From Schmidtea nova (lineage: Eukaryota): a stretch of 64,000 nucleotides of DNA. The translations under genes and the position numbers were made by a program. Shown piece by piece: positions 39,601 to 53,900 of the stretch; the first letter of the stretch is position 1, and every line of letters begins with the position of its first letter. The stretch spans positions 110,236,001 through 110,300,000 of the forward strand of contig CM097884.1 of assembly GCA_044892505.1 (NCBI GenBank), written 5' to 3'. Below the pieces are notes generated by a model, which did no database searches, was not told where the DNA came from, and saw nothing but the letters and a program-made list of their open reading frames with translations.

Positions 39601-42380
39601 CTCATGACTGTTACTGACACTCCAGAGTCCCATAACATATCTACTTCTGTATTATTCAACACTATTTTACTCCAACTTCTTCCATCCTTCGTCTGATACA
39701 TATCTTCTTCTGCCTCGTCTCTGCTTCGTTCATTTCTTCTTTCATAATTTATTGTCTTGACTCCACCGACGAAATGAAACCCATGGAGTCGCTGATGTTT
39801 TTTCCGTCTTCTCTAATGTAGTATATTTTTCAGGAACATTGTATCTATCTTCCATATCGCTGTGAGCCATTCTGAAATCTTGGCTGTTTTCGGTGTAATC
39901 TCTTCTTTCAGATTTGGAATCTTCTTCTTCTATGCACGCAATTCTTTGATATCGACGGGGAACCTCTTTCCGTAACGAAAAACAATCTCGGAATCCGTGT
40001 CCCTCTTTACCACATATCAGGCATTTATTTCCCAGTGGGCACTCATATCTTTTGTGTCCCCTTTCGCCACAGCAAAAACAATCACCTACTGTCAATTTTG
40101 GAGCCGGTGCTTGTGGTAGTCCTCTACTTTCGTTATAAATCCTTCTTGCTATATTATTCATGGAAATTGTTGGCAGTTTCCTTTCTCAGCCATCTTGGAT
40201 TCTCACATTTCTCAAAAATTGTTCTTTTGAGAATTGTTCTCGTACACCGAGAATTATTGTATTAATTCTTAATTAATGTATTATTTCTCTCCTTCTGGGC
40301 ACTCCTCATTAATTTTATTTTACCATTTTTGGATTCGTCTCACTATTCGCACCCATACCAATTTCCCCCGATAAATCTATATTTTTAAATTTCCTAAATT
40401 TTAATTAATTTTCATTGTTTAATTATTACTTTTAAAATGTTAATTTTTATTGATTTTTATCAAATTTTTGTAATTTCTATTTTTGTATTTGAGCTTATTT
40501 TATTAAACCCCAACAAAATAGACATTAAAATTTCCGAAGTCATTCATGATTCTTATTTAAAAAAAGTTGTGAAATTCAAAAAGCAAGTCAAATTACATTT
40601 TCAAAGCTGAAACTGGAAAAAAATATTTTCAGACGAACTCAAAGCTTACCGAAAATCGAGTGATTGTGCCTCTGCCAAGGTAACCAAAGATAAAAGTGGC
40701 AATCCTAGTATTGCAAATATTATTATTTCTTTTTATGCGGTATTTCCTTAACATGTATACCAACAGTCTGAAATTAAGGGCCACAAAGACATTTATTACG
40801 GGCAGTTGGTGAGTAATAATTATTTATTGTTATTTTAAACATATTTTAAATCTACTGTTAAAAATTTTATTAATGATTCAACCGTTTAATGATTCCCAAA
40901 TAAATATTATAGACACTCCATGAGATAATAGGAAATTGTTGATATTTTTCAATTTCAATACATTAGTAAAAATTTATCCCAAGATTTTGTCTACCGAATT
41001 TGATGCCTATTCAATAATTTCTCTGAAATTGAAAAATCCCAAATAAAATCCTAAAACATGCTGGCAACATAAAATTCCCAGGCGCATGGGCCAGATATCC
41101 TATTTCCAATAATCAAATATTGATAATCGGGTTAAATATCTATTTGTCAGGATGCATAAGAAGTGCAATTGAGAATTCTTCCAAACACATTTCCAGCACA
41201 TGACTACCGAATTTTGAGAACAGGAACTCGATTATTTAAACAAGCAATATGGCAGATATTTTCAGTTTGTAAACTTATCATCAGTCTCCTGATGTTTTAC
41301 ATTAGAATTTTTCATCATTTTTTTCTTCTTCAAATTTATAAATGGCTCGTTCCAGAAATTTTCATTTTTTATAAAGACTAAATAATTTTTTTTCTTTTTA
41401 AAAAAGAATAAACATTTTCAGCCCAGCCGATTTTAAATGTATATTTGAAGTACACGCTTAAAAAAAAGATTTTGCTGAAAAATTTTGAAAATTGTTTTAA
41501 TTTTTTAAAAGATGAATAATTTTGAAATAGAGAAGTGAAGTTAAAAGATGAAAATAAGAAATGTTAATGATAAAGTGATCCGTTATTTCTAATTTCACCA
41601 ATTCATGAGGTTGTCTTGATAAAAGTTGGATTAACAAAATGTGCACAGGAAAAGGCGTGCAAAATATTTTAAAAAATCAAAATTGACAAAATTAAAATAA
41701 ATAAACTGAAATGTAAAAAACTAATTAATAATAATAAAAAAATTTTAAAAAATATAAACACGTGTAAGAGAATAGCAAATTAAAGGATACGAAAAATCGA
41801 GTTTAAGAATTTCAAAACGAATGGAGTGTCCTTTAATAAAGTTATGTTAAGATTACAAATTAATTAATTCACATAAAATAATCAATTTAATTAGTAAACA
41901 AAATATCCAAACTTGTCAGACGTGGTGTAAATAATCTAATTCCATTTCTTTGGATTTTCTGGCCGATTGAGGCCTGATAACCTAATTTGGAAAATTATTG
42001 ACGTGGGAAAAGTTTGATAAAAGAAGCGAAATAATTGATATTGAAAAATCTTTTAAAATTTAGAAACGACCATTTTTATGGCAAGTTTGCTTGATTTTTA
42101 TAGTGGTTGCAATATATGACGGAGGCACTATAATTCTTTTTTTATAGAAATTGTTGGGTATGCTTGTGGTGATACAATTAATATATAAATATATATAATA
42201 TTTATATTAAATATAAATTAAATATATATTAAGAATATATTAAATATATATTTTATAATATAAAAAAAGAAATCGTGTAAAAAAACTTTAGATAAAGAAA
42301 AACTTTTGTTTTAATTCTGTGAAAATTTGAAAATAATTTTTTTCTGCTGTTGATTTTATTTTTTATAATCCAGTTAAACT

Positions 42381-42890
42381 ATGAATATATCTGACTTTAA
42401 ACTTTTCATTAAATGGAGCACTGATGATGTTCACACTATCGATCTATCATTAACAGATTACATTATTTACAGTGGAAAATATGCAAAACTAATTCCCCAG
42501 TCTGCTGGTCGTTATCAAACAAAACGATTTAAAAAAGCACAATGTCCAATTGTTGGGCGATTAACATTCTCTCTAATGATGCAGGGTCCAAATAATGAGG
42601 AAAGGATCAAAGCAAACAATATTATAAAACATGCATTAGAACTGATTTTTTTGGTGACCCGAGAAAATTTAATCCAAATGATGGTTAACGCAAATGTTAC
42701 AATTTTGTTTAACAAAAAAATACCGCTTTGGTACTGTTTTCAATTCACCCACAAGCTATGACGGCAATTCGAAATATTGATGCCTGTTTCCTGCGGGGCA
42801 AACCAATGCATTTTCGTGTATCGAAAACCAATGTTATCCAATTACCAATGGAGGAGGCCAATCACGCAAATACCACAATGCTTAATTGTT
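42381..42890 (+). pseudogene. RPS5: Chimera: 40S ribosomal protein S5 (uS7) N-terminal 104 aa fused to a PTB/hnRNP-L-type RRM fragment
   Basis: KLF.KWSTDDV...SAGRY..KRF.KAQCPIV.RLT...EN..Q.MVNA is RPS5. Then VTILFNKK, a -1 slip in the A7 run (42714-42720), and TALV...QAMTAIR...LRGKPM.F.VSK...IQLP, matching PTB RRM3. Confidence 0.85.
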
Positions 42891-43859
42891 TTTTGGCTTA
42901 TTTGTCAACCACATACATAAACTATCTCTTATTACGTAAAAATTATTAAAACAAATTATTAATGTATTTTTAAAGATATTTTAATTTTATAATAATATCA
43001 TAATATGAAATTAAATATAAATTGAAGTATTTAAAATTTTTTTCAAGAAGTATTTATTTAAATAATAGTTTTAAACATAACTTACATATTTCGATTAATT
43101 TGGCAACTTGGAATAGTTGATTTTGAGGTAAGTTTAAGGTATCCAAATTTCTTTCAGATCAAACCAAGTCCCCACCCTTTCGAAAAAGTTAACAATATTA
43201 GACCTCTTCATTTCTTTCTCTCCTCAAGATTTCGACTCGCCTGGGCTGCCGTCAAGCTTCTATTTAATTTTTAATTTAGATTACATAAGAAAATAAAATT
43301 AAAAAATTTAATATTAATTATTTATTAATTGGAACAAGAACAGTCAAAAATATTTGCATTTGCTCACATCCGCACATCGACACCATGCACAAACTGTATG
43401 TACAATTGATGAAAAAGCTTGTAAAGTATTCATAATATAAACATTTGAAAACTGGAACTTTTGGTCATACCGAAAGGTTCGTTCGGGACACTTGGACACG
43501 AGATTTAAAACCGGTGACAATCTCTATTAATCGGACGTCTGGCAATCTTAGGTAAGTTGTGAGCTTTATCTAAAGTAATTTTTTTCTAGATTACGGAAAC
43601 CAGGATTAGCTATAGCAGGAAGCGGTTGGTGCAAAGCCTCTTGTAATTAAATTAATTAAATTAACCTTAAAATATATGTTATTTCTTATTTAAAAATTAG
43701 CCAGCATTTAAATCAACATCAGAATTAAAGAAGAATAGCCTTCAAGTTTTGTTTATATATTAGGAGAAAAGAGCGTAGTTTTCAAATTTAATAAATTTTG
43801 TAGTTGACTTTATTTATTTAATGGATAACGAAAATGATTTTGATATCGTTGCTGCTAAT

Positions 43860-44887
43860 ATGGCGACCACGCCAACAAACCTATTGATTAGCAGGATGTT
43901 ACCAGAAAGATTCCACAGAGACGATGACTTGGAAGAATTCATCAAAGAATGTCAAAAGTATTTTAATATTACGAAGATATCTGTCAAAATGCAGATGATT
44001 CTGGTTACCACACTGTTGGATAAACCATTATATGACGAATATGAAAAAGCAGAAGGAAAAACATTCAAGGAAAAGCTCAGAACAGCATTTTCGAGACCAA
44101 AATCATTATTTGACGACTTCAAAGGAAGCTCTTAATTATGAACAAGGATCCGATTCAGCAGACCGATTCATCGAAAAAGTGGAGAAATTAACCAAAAGGT
44201 TATTAAGACATGAGTGGAACGAAGAAGAAATTAAAAAATGCCTGCTTATGAATGGAACTCGAGAGAAAAAAATTAAAAAAGAAATAGAAATGCAAGAACT
44301 AAAGACGTCAGAAGAAATTAAAAGCACAATTAGAAAAGTTGAGAAAGTGAATAAAGCTATAAGCCATGTTAACACCATTCGACCTATAGCATATCCGAAA
44401 CCTGTCAAAAGCTTTAGAGATGCCGTTCAAAGACCTGCACAGACAAATGTGATTCCGATGTCAAAACCATTGGAAGTGACTAAAAACGTCGTATGCTGGA
44501 CATGCCAGAAACCAGGCCATATAAGCCGGGAATGTACTATAAAGAGGAAGATTCAGTGTTTTGGATGTGGATTATATGGACACGTACGCCGAGAATGTCC
44601 AAACATCCAGTGTAGGAGATGTCATCTACGAGGTCACAAAGAAACTGAATGCTATACAAACCTAGAAAGATTTAAGCCGAAAATGAGCCAACATGGAAGG
44701 AACAATGCAGCATATCAAAATAAAAGGGACCGATTTCAACAAAACAATCAGTATAATAGAAATTGGACATCAAGATGCAAACTATCAAGTAAATTATTCA
44801 AGTGAAGCCGAAGAGAAATACGAAGAAATGCAATACCCAAACGAGGAAGCTCCATCACAGGAGGCGATGATCGGAGCCATTTATTAG
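43860..44887 (+). pseudogene. Gypsy gag with three CCHC zinc knuckles (frameshifted)
   Basis: CWTCQKPGHISREC, CFGCGLYGHVRREC, CRRCHLRGHKETEC. Frameshifts near 44125 and ~44760. Confidence 0.88.
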
Positions 44888-47800
44888 GTAATTTTGATTT
44901 TGATGAAAATGCTGGTTATAATAATTTAAATAATTTGAATAATGTAAATAATTTGAATAATGTAAATAATTTAAATAATGTAAATAATTTTAATTTTGTT
45001 AGTAAAGATTTATGTAATAATATTGATAATAAAACTAATTTTAATGTTTATAAAAGTGGCAGTACAGATCAGAAAAATGAAAACAGAAAAATAACGTGTA
45101 GCGATGAAGGAACTGGAGAAAAAGTATATAGATTCCTAAAAAAGACATTTGATATGAATGAAGATAAGATTATGTGGATTAATGAACTTTCCGATAGTAT
45201 AAAGAATAAAGTGGAACAAAATATATTTATAAAAGACGAATGGAGAAGACCTCGTATGAATTATCATAAAATGCAAGGTAGACCAAGTATAACACTTGAA
45301 ATTCAGGGCCGCGGAATTGAGTGTCTGTTAGATACAGGAGCACGAATTAATGTTATGTCTAAAGCGGTACTGGATAAACTTGACAAAGTCGAGATAATAA
45401 AAACAGATAAAATGCTAAGGTGTGCAAATGACAGTAAATTGGAGACTATCGGTAAAATTCAAATTGATGTAAAGATAAGGAAACTAACAAAAATAGTGAC
45501 CTTTACTGTAGTCCAAAACATTGTCCCATATGTTATTGGAGGTGTAGAATTACAGAAACAATTCGGTATTGAATTAAGATGGATTCAAGAAGATGAAATA
45601 ATATTTAACGAACGTATATGTGAAATTGTTGCTAAATTTTGGAGGAATATTACAAATGAAGAAAGATTCCAATATGCAATAGAGAAGTTGAAAGTAAAAG
45701 AAGATAAATTTCTTTTAGAAATTATCAAGAGAAATAAATGTGTTTTCATGGCTGACAAGTGGGATATTGGATGCACTGATTTAATTGAGCATAAAATTGA
45801 AACAACTGGTGGACCAATAATGATAAAGCCAAGAAGGCAGCCTATAAACTTGGAAGAGAAAATAAACATGGCCAATAAAAATCTGGAGGATAATAATATT
45901 ATAAGGAAGTGTAATTCACCTTGGAACACCACGTTAGTGTGCGTTTGGAAAAAAGAAAAGAAGGATATCAGACTTTGTTTGGACTTTAGACAACTTAACA
46001 AAATTACTGAAAAGCAAGTGTTCCCGATGCCAAATGTCGACGAGATCTTAGATGCTTTGCATGGAACTAGATATTTTAGTACCATTGACCTTGGAAACGC
46101 ATACTATCAGGTAAAATTGGATAGATAATCACAGGAGAAAACAGCTTTTTCAACGATAGAGGGACAATTCTGTTTTAATCGAATGCCATTTGGCATCGCA
46201 GCAGCACCAGGCACTTTTCAAGAGCTCATGATGAAGATATTAAAGGATATATGGAAAGACGGAGTAATTGTTTATTTGGACAATATATTAATTTTTACGA
46301 ATACAATGGAAGAACACTATAAACTGCTGGAAAGAGTATTGCAGAAAATTGCGGATGCTAAACTAAGAATTAACCCAGAAAAATGTCAAATACTGAAAAG
46401 TGAAGTGAAATTCTTAGGCCATATTATAAATAAAGGTGGCATTCAAACTGATCAAAGCAAAATTGAAGCTATTCAATCATTCCAAAGGCCAAAATGTGTG
46501 AAAAATTTAAGAAGTTTCTTGGGCATCTGCAACTATTATCGAAGGTTTATTAAAGACTACGCAAAAAAGTCAAGATCTTTAGAGAGTATGTGGTAAAACT
46601 AGCGACAAAATAATATGGAATGAAAATTGTGAGCAGGCTTTCGAGAATATGAAGTTGGCATTGATAACCGCACCGATCTTGGTATTTTCGGATTTTAAGA
46701 AAGAATTCATATTGGATACGGACGCAAGTTTTGATACGATTGGCGCAGTGTTATCACAGAAGGATGACATGGGATATGAGCAAGTTATCGCATATGGATC
46801 ACATGCGATGAATGACCACGAAAGGGGTTATTGTATTACAAGAAAAGAACTTCTGGCTATATACTATTTTTGTCGACATTTCAACCACTATTTATATGGA
46901 AAAAGATTCACACTACGTACAGATCATAAGGCGATAACGTTTATGCTAACAACAAAGAAGCCAATTACAGTTGAATTCCAGACGTGGATAAACTATTTAA
47001 GCAGCCTTGATATAAAAATGGAATTTAGAAAAGGTACATTACATGCTAACGCAGACATGTTATCGAGAAAAACGTGTGGCACATGTGTACAATGCCTTAT
47101 GGATCACGATAATCCTAAAATGGGAAGAATGAAAACCAGATTGTTAAGTATAATGACTGAAGGGAAAGGAGAGGAATGGCAAAGAAATAGTGAAGAAATA
47201 GAGGACATTAAAAATAAAATAAGAACTCAACCAAGTAAAAGGTTTATAATAGAAGATAACAATATTTACACCAAAGAAAAAAGAATATGGATACCAGAAA
47301 GTAAAAGAAGAGAAATGATTAAGAAAACACATTTATTATTATGTCATGCCGGAGTTGATAAAGTTATCAAATACATACAAAACAATTTTGATATAAGAGA
47401 TTTAATAAATGAGGTAAAAACAGCAATATCAAACTGCGAATCGTGCCAAAAAGTTACAGTTGTAACTACAAAGATGAAAGAGAAATCAAATGTACTTGAA
47501 GCATCAGAACCTTTCGAGAAAATATATATGGATATCTGTGGCTCAATGAAAGAAACATTTAACAGGAAAAGATACATTTGCGCAATAATCGACCATTACA
47601 GTAAATACATTTCGCTAACAGCAATAAATAAACAAGATGAAGAGACAATTGGGAAGATATTGTTAAACAATTGGATTCTAAAATTTGGGGCACCCAAGGA
47701 ACTACATGTAGATTGCGGGAAAACATTCGAAGCGAATAGCATAAAGAATATAAGCAAGAAAGCAGGGATCGAAATAGTGTATTCGAGTTCATATCATCAT

Positions 47801-48268
47801 AATACGAATGGTATAATCGAAAGACAATTCCGGACAATAAGAGATTTTATTAATGCATCGCTGAAAGACGGAAATACAAAAGACTGGGCAGATCTTATTC
47901 CAGATATAGAATATACACTCAACGCGACAATCCAAAAAACAACGGGAGTAAGTCCAGCTGAAATTGTTTTTGGTAGGAGAATTGATAGATCGAAATGGTA
48001 TAGTGATAGTAGAATCAACAGAAAAGAAATAGCATTGAAAATTGAAAGTAAAAGACTAAATGACGAAACAACAACTGCAAGGAAGTTTGAAGTGGGAGAC
48101 AAAGTGTTAATCAAACGAGAAATACGAAACAAGGATCAAGATAGGTATGAAGGACCATACACGGTAACAAAACGAATACACGATCGTAGTTATATGCTGA
48201 GAGATAAATGTGGAAAGTATTTAATCAGGAATATTGAAAAGATTAAAGAATTTAAAGAAGGTGGATGA
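44806..48268 (+). pseudogene. Gypsy pol (PR-RT-RH-IN)
   Basis: LLDTGA; RT with YLDN (catalytic D to N); in-frame TAA at 46126-46128; frameshift at ~46590; RNase H DTDAS; HHCC, DDE and GPY integrase motifs. Confidence 0.92.
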
Positions 48269-48789
48269 AAGGGTAGAATTCACGTTTAAATTAAAATTGC
48301 TAATAAACATTTAAATTGTATTTGTCAGATATCATAAATTTTTATTTAAACATCTTAAATTAATTAATTAAATTAACCTTAAAATATATGTTATTTCTTA
48401 TTTAAAAATTAGCTAGCATTTAAATCAACATCAGAATTAAAGAAGAATAGCCTTCAACTTTTTGTTTATATATTAGGAGAAAAGAGCGTAGTTTTCAAAT
48501 TTAATAAATTTTGTAGTTGATTTTATTTATTTAATGGATACCGAAAATGATTTTGATATCGTTGCTGCTAATAATAGTTTTGTCTGTTTTTATACAAAAT
48601 TTTATTAGTTGTATGTTATGTTACAGAAAAATATATTGTTTCAAAAAAATACAAATATATATAAACAAAATAAAACTTGTATTTCAGTTGAAAAAGAATT
48701 ATTAAATTGTTTTTACTACAAATTTAAACATTGCCAATTGAATTAAGCTAGGTCCAAAACAACCAATAAAATAATACTTCTAGAAAATG

Positions 48790-48843
48790 GGCGTCTAAAA
48801 ATGAATTTTGCACCGGGCGCTACTAATGATAGAGCCGGCCCTG
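48790..48843. mobile_element. Orphan hAT-type terminus (reverse complement CAGGGCCGGCTC)
   Basis: Ends GAGCCGGCCCTG; no partner end identified. Confidence 0.45.
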
Positions 48844-49812
48844 ATGGAAACTCTTAAATTTTGGCATCGAGTGTGACTTAATGTCTATCTTTAATATAAT
48901 ACACGTACACATCATGATAAATACGTTTTATATTTATTATTGAGGATTTAATTTAATTTTACTTGGGCTATTACCAACTGTACTCTGATACTGTACGCTT
49001 TCTTTATAATGTTGCGAAACACTGGTTAATAATAAGTTACATCACCAGGCTGTTATTAACGTGTTTGTAATTTTAGCTTTATTTTATGCTTAATTATTAA
49101 GTTAATTTTTATTTAAATATTACAATTTTATTATTAGTTTCAATTATTTTTTCTGTACATAACGCAATATATTGAATAATAATGTATTATTGTATAATAA
49201 TTCATTGAAAACACCCAGATAAGTGAATTTCCGCGAAGTAGGATTCTTTGTTAATAAATTGAATATTTTCCTAGTAATTGCATAGAAAACTTATTTTCGA
49301 CACTTTAGATAAAGGAATTAACATTCTGGACATGGAATAAAACCCCTCTAGTAATTATTATTCTAGTATGTATTACCCATTATTACATACATATATAGAT
49401 TAGAAAACAAATGAAAATAAAAAAAACTCAATGAAAATATAACAAATCAATGATTTTATATATTTTTATGTAGTATGTATCTATGCTAAGGTGACCAGGC
49501 ATCCCACCTTTAGCGGGACACTCCAGAATTTTAACAATTTATCCCGTATCCCGCGAGGCTTTATGAAAGTTCATATTTTTAATACAGTAGTCGTATTATT
49601 TATATTTTATAGTGGCGGTAAAAGTCTAGCGCCGGCCTTGAGAGTGATAATTACGACTTACGCTACGGAAAACTCAAAGAAAAAATAATAAAAGTTAGTA
49701 TTGTTATTGTTTAGAAAGAAAGAGTATTAAATTAAAATAAATTTTAAAATATAGTTGCTTTATAACAATCAAATTAATTTAGATTTTTGAACTAACATAT
49801 TAAATATAAATT

Positions 49813-50936
49813 TGTTGGGTTCTGGGGTTGTTGGTGAAACGGTAAAAGTTACCAATCCAATATCTGACTCCAAGCGTGCCTTTAATTGACCCCAATAACA
49901 CTTTCAATAACACAAACTTTATTGATTATTACACTGATTTACACAATTAAAATTATCACAATCAATTCAATAAATCTTTCGACACTTATACGAGCTTATT
50001 ACGACACTTCATGAAGAATAGCTCACCTGTATAATATCTTGAAAACAACAACTACTAACCACTGATTTGGACTAAATACTGGTAATTGATTTCGATGGTT
50101 TCCGCGCTTTGACTTGATTCTTTCTCAATATTCTTTAGCTTTAACTTCTCGTCTGCTTAGCTTTCTCTGTCCTTTGCAACACAAAATCTTTTTCTGCAAC
50201 TAATTCAATTAACAAATTTCTTTTCGTATTTCACTTCGACTCTTAACTTCACTTCTGTTCAAGTTCCCAATTTTTCTCTTCCAACTTCAATTCAACAATT
50301 TGATTCCTGTTTCTCAATATTCCACCTAAATGTTCTGTCTAATATATTCTGCCAAAATTCAGGCCAAACTCCTGCCAAAATTCTGCCTGCTTCTGCAGTG
50401 CTTCCTCCTTTTATATTTCGTCACTTTGTGGCACTTTGTGGCACTTTGTGGCACTTTGTGGCAATTTGCCTTTGCAACTCCTGTCTCTGGCATTTTCCAT
50501 TTTTCGATGCAACTCCCATGTTGCGCCTGACAGTTCGGCACTCGTGACCACTTGCTTTTTTCCATTTCTACTTCTGGCATTTCCCATATTTTTGAACTCC
50601 CATGCTGCCTTTAGCAACTCGGCTACTTTGTAATTTCTTCTTGCCGCACAGGCCTGTTTTCTTTTCGTTTCCGTTATCTCTGACAAGCTGACGAGATAAG
50701 TTCATTGTTGTTATTTTTGTTATTCCCGATTTGAAATTCCTTTTCCCTATGTACTAATTAATTAGTACTGACCTTTGTTTTTGTTTTTTTGTCTGATTCC
50801 TCTTTCGCATTTCTCATTTCTTTTTATTTCTGTTTTCTTTTCTGACTTCCCATTAGCCATCTCATTCGTCATGACGATTTTCCCCCAGGTAATTTTATTT
50901 ATTTATTAGTAAATTGTTATTTAGGTATCCTCAACA
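49813..50936 (-). mobile_element. LTR-like segment (solo LTR, or the distal end of a much larger LTR)
   Basis: TGTTG...CAACA termini; flanks aatt/tatt (3 of 4). On the minus strand, AATAAA lies ~110 nt before the CCCAACA end and CAG|GTGAG is a donor-like site. Internal GTGGCACTTT x3 repeat. Confidence 0.55.
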
Positions 50937-53900
50937 TATTCATGTAATTATTGGTGGGTTGTTGACCGTCAATATGACCTTGACGTTTCCATGGCTCTCA
51001 TCAACAACTCAACACACAAAACATTGAAATTACCATCTTGTTACCCGTCACTATGTAACGTTGGTACTGTAACAAGTGGGTGGGTATTCGCAATCAGTGA
51101 GCGTCGTCAATACGAAACTATGATTGACCGAATATCTCCTGGGTCCAAGGGCTACCGATGGAAGGTTTCTTGCCCATTTTTGTCCCCCTTAATTTATATA
51201 CTCTATCACTGTGGATGTTTATTACGAAATTTTCATTTGAATATTTTCGCCAAACTGTGATTTATTTATTAATCAATTAATTTATTTGAGCGCTTTTACT
51301 CTATTCGCAAACATGCATTCGAAAATATTATCGCAACTCAATTAGGTGATCAATTATTCCTTCAGAAAATGCATATATTTGGGAATATACAAATTGCTCT
51401 TATTTAGACCCAAATTTTTATCATTATCGCAATTTCCTTAAATTGTTATGTTTTTTATATTTAAAATTTATGTAAACTTTATTTATATTCAAATCCTATT
51501 GTCTATCTTGCTTTAAATTTATAATAGAAAATTCATTAAAATTTCAACATTTTGATTTTAAAATTTTGCTGAGGCCTTAGTAACGAAATTGATCTAGTAA
51601 AACTTTGGCTTATAATTTATAATCATCAGCTTTCGGTCTTTTTAACTTATTTAAATTCTTAATTCAAATTTAAAATTTCCTGCGAAATTAGAGTGCACTT
51701 TTTTTTAAAAATTTTTACTAAAAATTTATTTAATCAAAAAATATTTAATCCTTGTTTAAAATAATTAACTAAAATCAACCTCAAACAAGCGCGGCTTGAT
51801 TGGTTGTTTTTATTATGGGTGTTATTTGTGATGGTAAAATTTATTGATTTTACCATACCCTTTTTATGATAATCAACTTATTTTAGAGTAATATCATGAT
51901 TCTTTAAACAAGCCAAAAATACTGGAAGGAATTTTATTTATATTAGCATTCGATTCGGCGTCAAACACGCATTTCAGAATGGCTCTACCGGTGTGAAATA
52001 TTCTTCCTTTATTTTTCCAATTTTTCAAGTATGGAATCTCGTCGGGGATTTAACTCAACTCGATACCATTATGATGGCGACGCCTCTGTGGAATTTTCCG
52101 TCCAGGCTCACATACTCTTGAAAATCTCATCTACTGGACATCTTAGGAATTTAATTTCTCCTGTCAGTTCAAATCTCCAATTCATCTCGATGATTTCATC
52201 TCTTATTATAAATCGACTCATTCCACGAATTGACAAATGATTCAACCTGCCATTTACTGTAATTTCCTATTTCTGATCCCTAATAAAATTTTAGTTTTTG
52301 TAAAAATATATATTTGGTTTTTTTTTTTTTGAATTTATGTTAATTAATTTAATAAATAATTTGAGAATTTTATATAAAATCTAATATTTGATATCCGATA
52401 TAATTGGATATAATAATATATAATAATATCTAAATAATATATAATTATATATAATATTTATAAAATATAAATTGAATTAGGAGAAGTTGTAGTTAATTAA
52501 GATCTGGTAGGCCGTATATCGGGTAACGAAAAACAGAAGGGGTTAGAATTAAAAAAAAAATATCCCTCTTGGTATACTATAAACTATGAATTTACAGGGG
52601 CATCCGAAATGTAAATGTAGATGTTTGTATGTGGTTGTAGTTGGATGAGATGAAGTATAATGACTGTATGTTCTATTGTTACTATTGAGTTTGTGTGTGA
52701 TTTGTGGATGGGTGATTGAAAAACAATTAAGTGCTCGTGAGTGTGGTCAGATGTACGATTCCAACTAGCATGTCTGTGTGGAATTTTTGGTATGGTTTGC
52801 TTGTGTGCATGTGATTGTTGAATGCTATTGAATGATACTGTGTATGTGTGTGTATTGTGTTTTATATGTATGTTGCTTGTGTATTAGTATGGATGATGCT
52901 ATTGAGTGAAAAGGGTGTGATTTTTTTGCAATGAGTGATGTATCATTATTTTTAAGATATCGTGGGGGTGGTTATATTATAAATTATATAAAATAATTTT
53001 AAAATAATAATAATAATTTTAAATTAAAATAATAATAATAATTTTTAAATCAAAATAATAATAATAATTTTTTCAATACTTTTTATGGATTTTTAATTTA
53101 CAATTTTACGAAAATTAACTAATGATGAAATTTATAAGTTTTGTAATATATATTTTTGAAGTTAAATTTTTATCTTTTTAGAATATATATATTAATCATA
53201 AAATTTTTCCTATAAAATTTCAAATTCAGATTTTTATAAAATGATAAGAATTTTTAGTATAATAATAAAATTTCGATCTATAATTTTTATGGGGTTTAAT
53301 ATATCTTTTGATTTGCAATTCTCTGGAATTTTATGAAAGAATAAAATCTTTTATATAATAACAATATTAGGAACCAATTTTGGTTTACAATTTTTTCCAT
53401 ATAAAATCTTTTCAACATAATAAAAAGCAAATTTTTATTTCTGATCCAAATGAAATGATAATAAATTTTTATCCATAAATTTCGAAATCCAAGTAAGCAT
53501 TTAATCTAAAAGGTTTTTATATGCTAAATAAAAATAAAATAAAATAAGTTATAAATTTTTCAACGAATATTTTTAATATCAAGTAAAGTAAATTTCGGTT
53601 TTGTTGAGCATGAATTTCCCAATCAAAATGCACGCGAATTTTTCGGGACACTTCACTTAGGAATTTCAGGCTCTCGAAAACGAGGTTCACAGGAAAAATT
53701 TATTTAGACAATAATGAGTGTAATTCAGATCAAATAAATACTTGTTTCACAATTCGTTTCATTTCGTGAGCATTATTCTAGGCTTGAGCATTATTTCGAA
53801 CAATTTTCTTTTCACCATTAGCTTTCATTTTTCTTGCGTTTTCTCATAAGATGATCGTTGTTGAGAGTGTGAAGGTGAAGGTGAGTACGAGTCGATTTTT

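Larger units (their letters stand above)
35923..40283 (-). mobile_element. Decayed Ty3/Gypsy retrotransposon (gag-pol 36666-40161)
   Basis: Two CCHC knuckles, protease WDSG, RT YLDD, RNase H (DTDAS, RKELLA), integrase with an internal deletion and a GPY motif. Purine tract follows the pol stop. An identical 26-bp repeat at 35923-35948 and 40258-40283 may be LTR remnants; outer limits are tentative. Confidence 0.85.
43642..48573 (+). mobile_element. Ty3/Gypsy LTR retrotransposon, near full length, inactivated
   Basis: Shared ~215-bp LTR segments (43647-43860 and 48358-48573, about 5 differences). PBS TGGCGACCACG at 43861. Purine tract and TG at 48266. The 5' LTR appears 5'-truncated; no TSD found. 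Confidence 0.93.

Noticed and set aside
40560-43640. Other coding-like scraps (40600-40830, 41000-41330, 43330-43560)
   Set aside because: Multiple stops and no motif I can identify with confidence.
43821-43859. Upstream ATG (MDNEND...) as the gag start
   Set aside because: It lies inside the LTR and is repeated in the 3' LTR; 43860 fits better.
44803-44805. TGA read-through between gag and pol
   Set aside because: Better explained by a mutational frameshift in gag plus a normal -1 frameshift at 44836.
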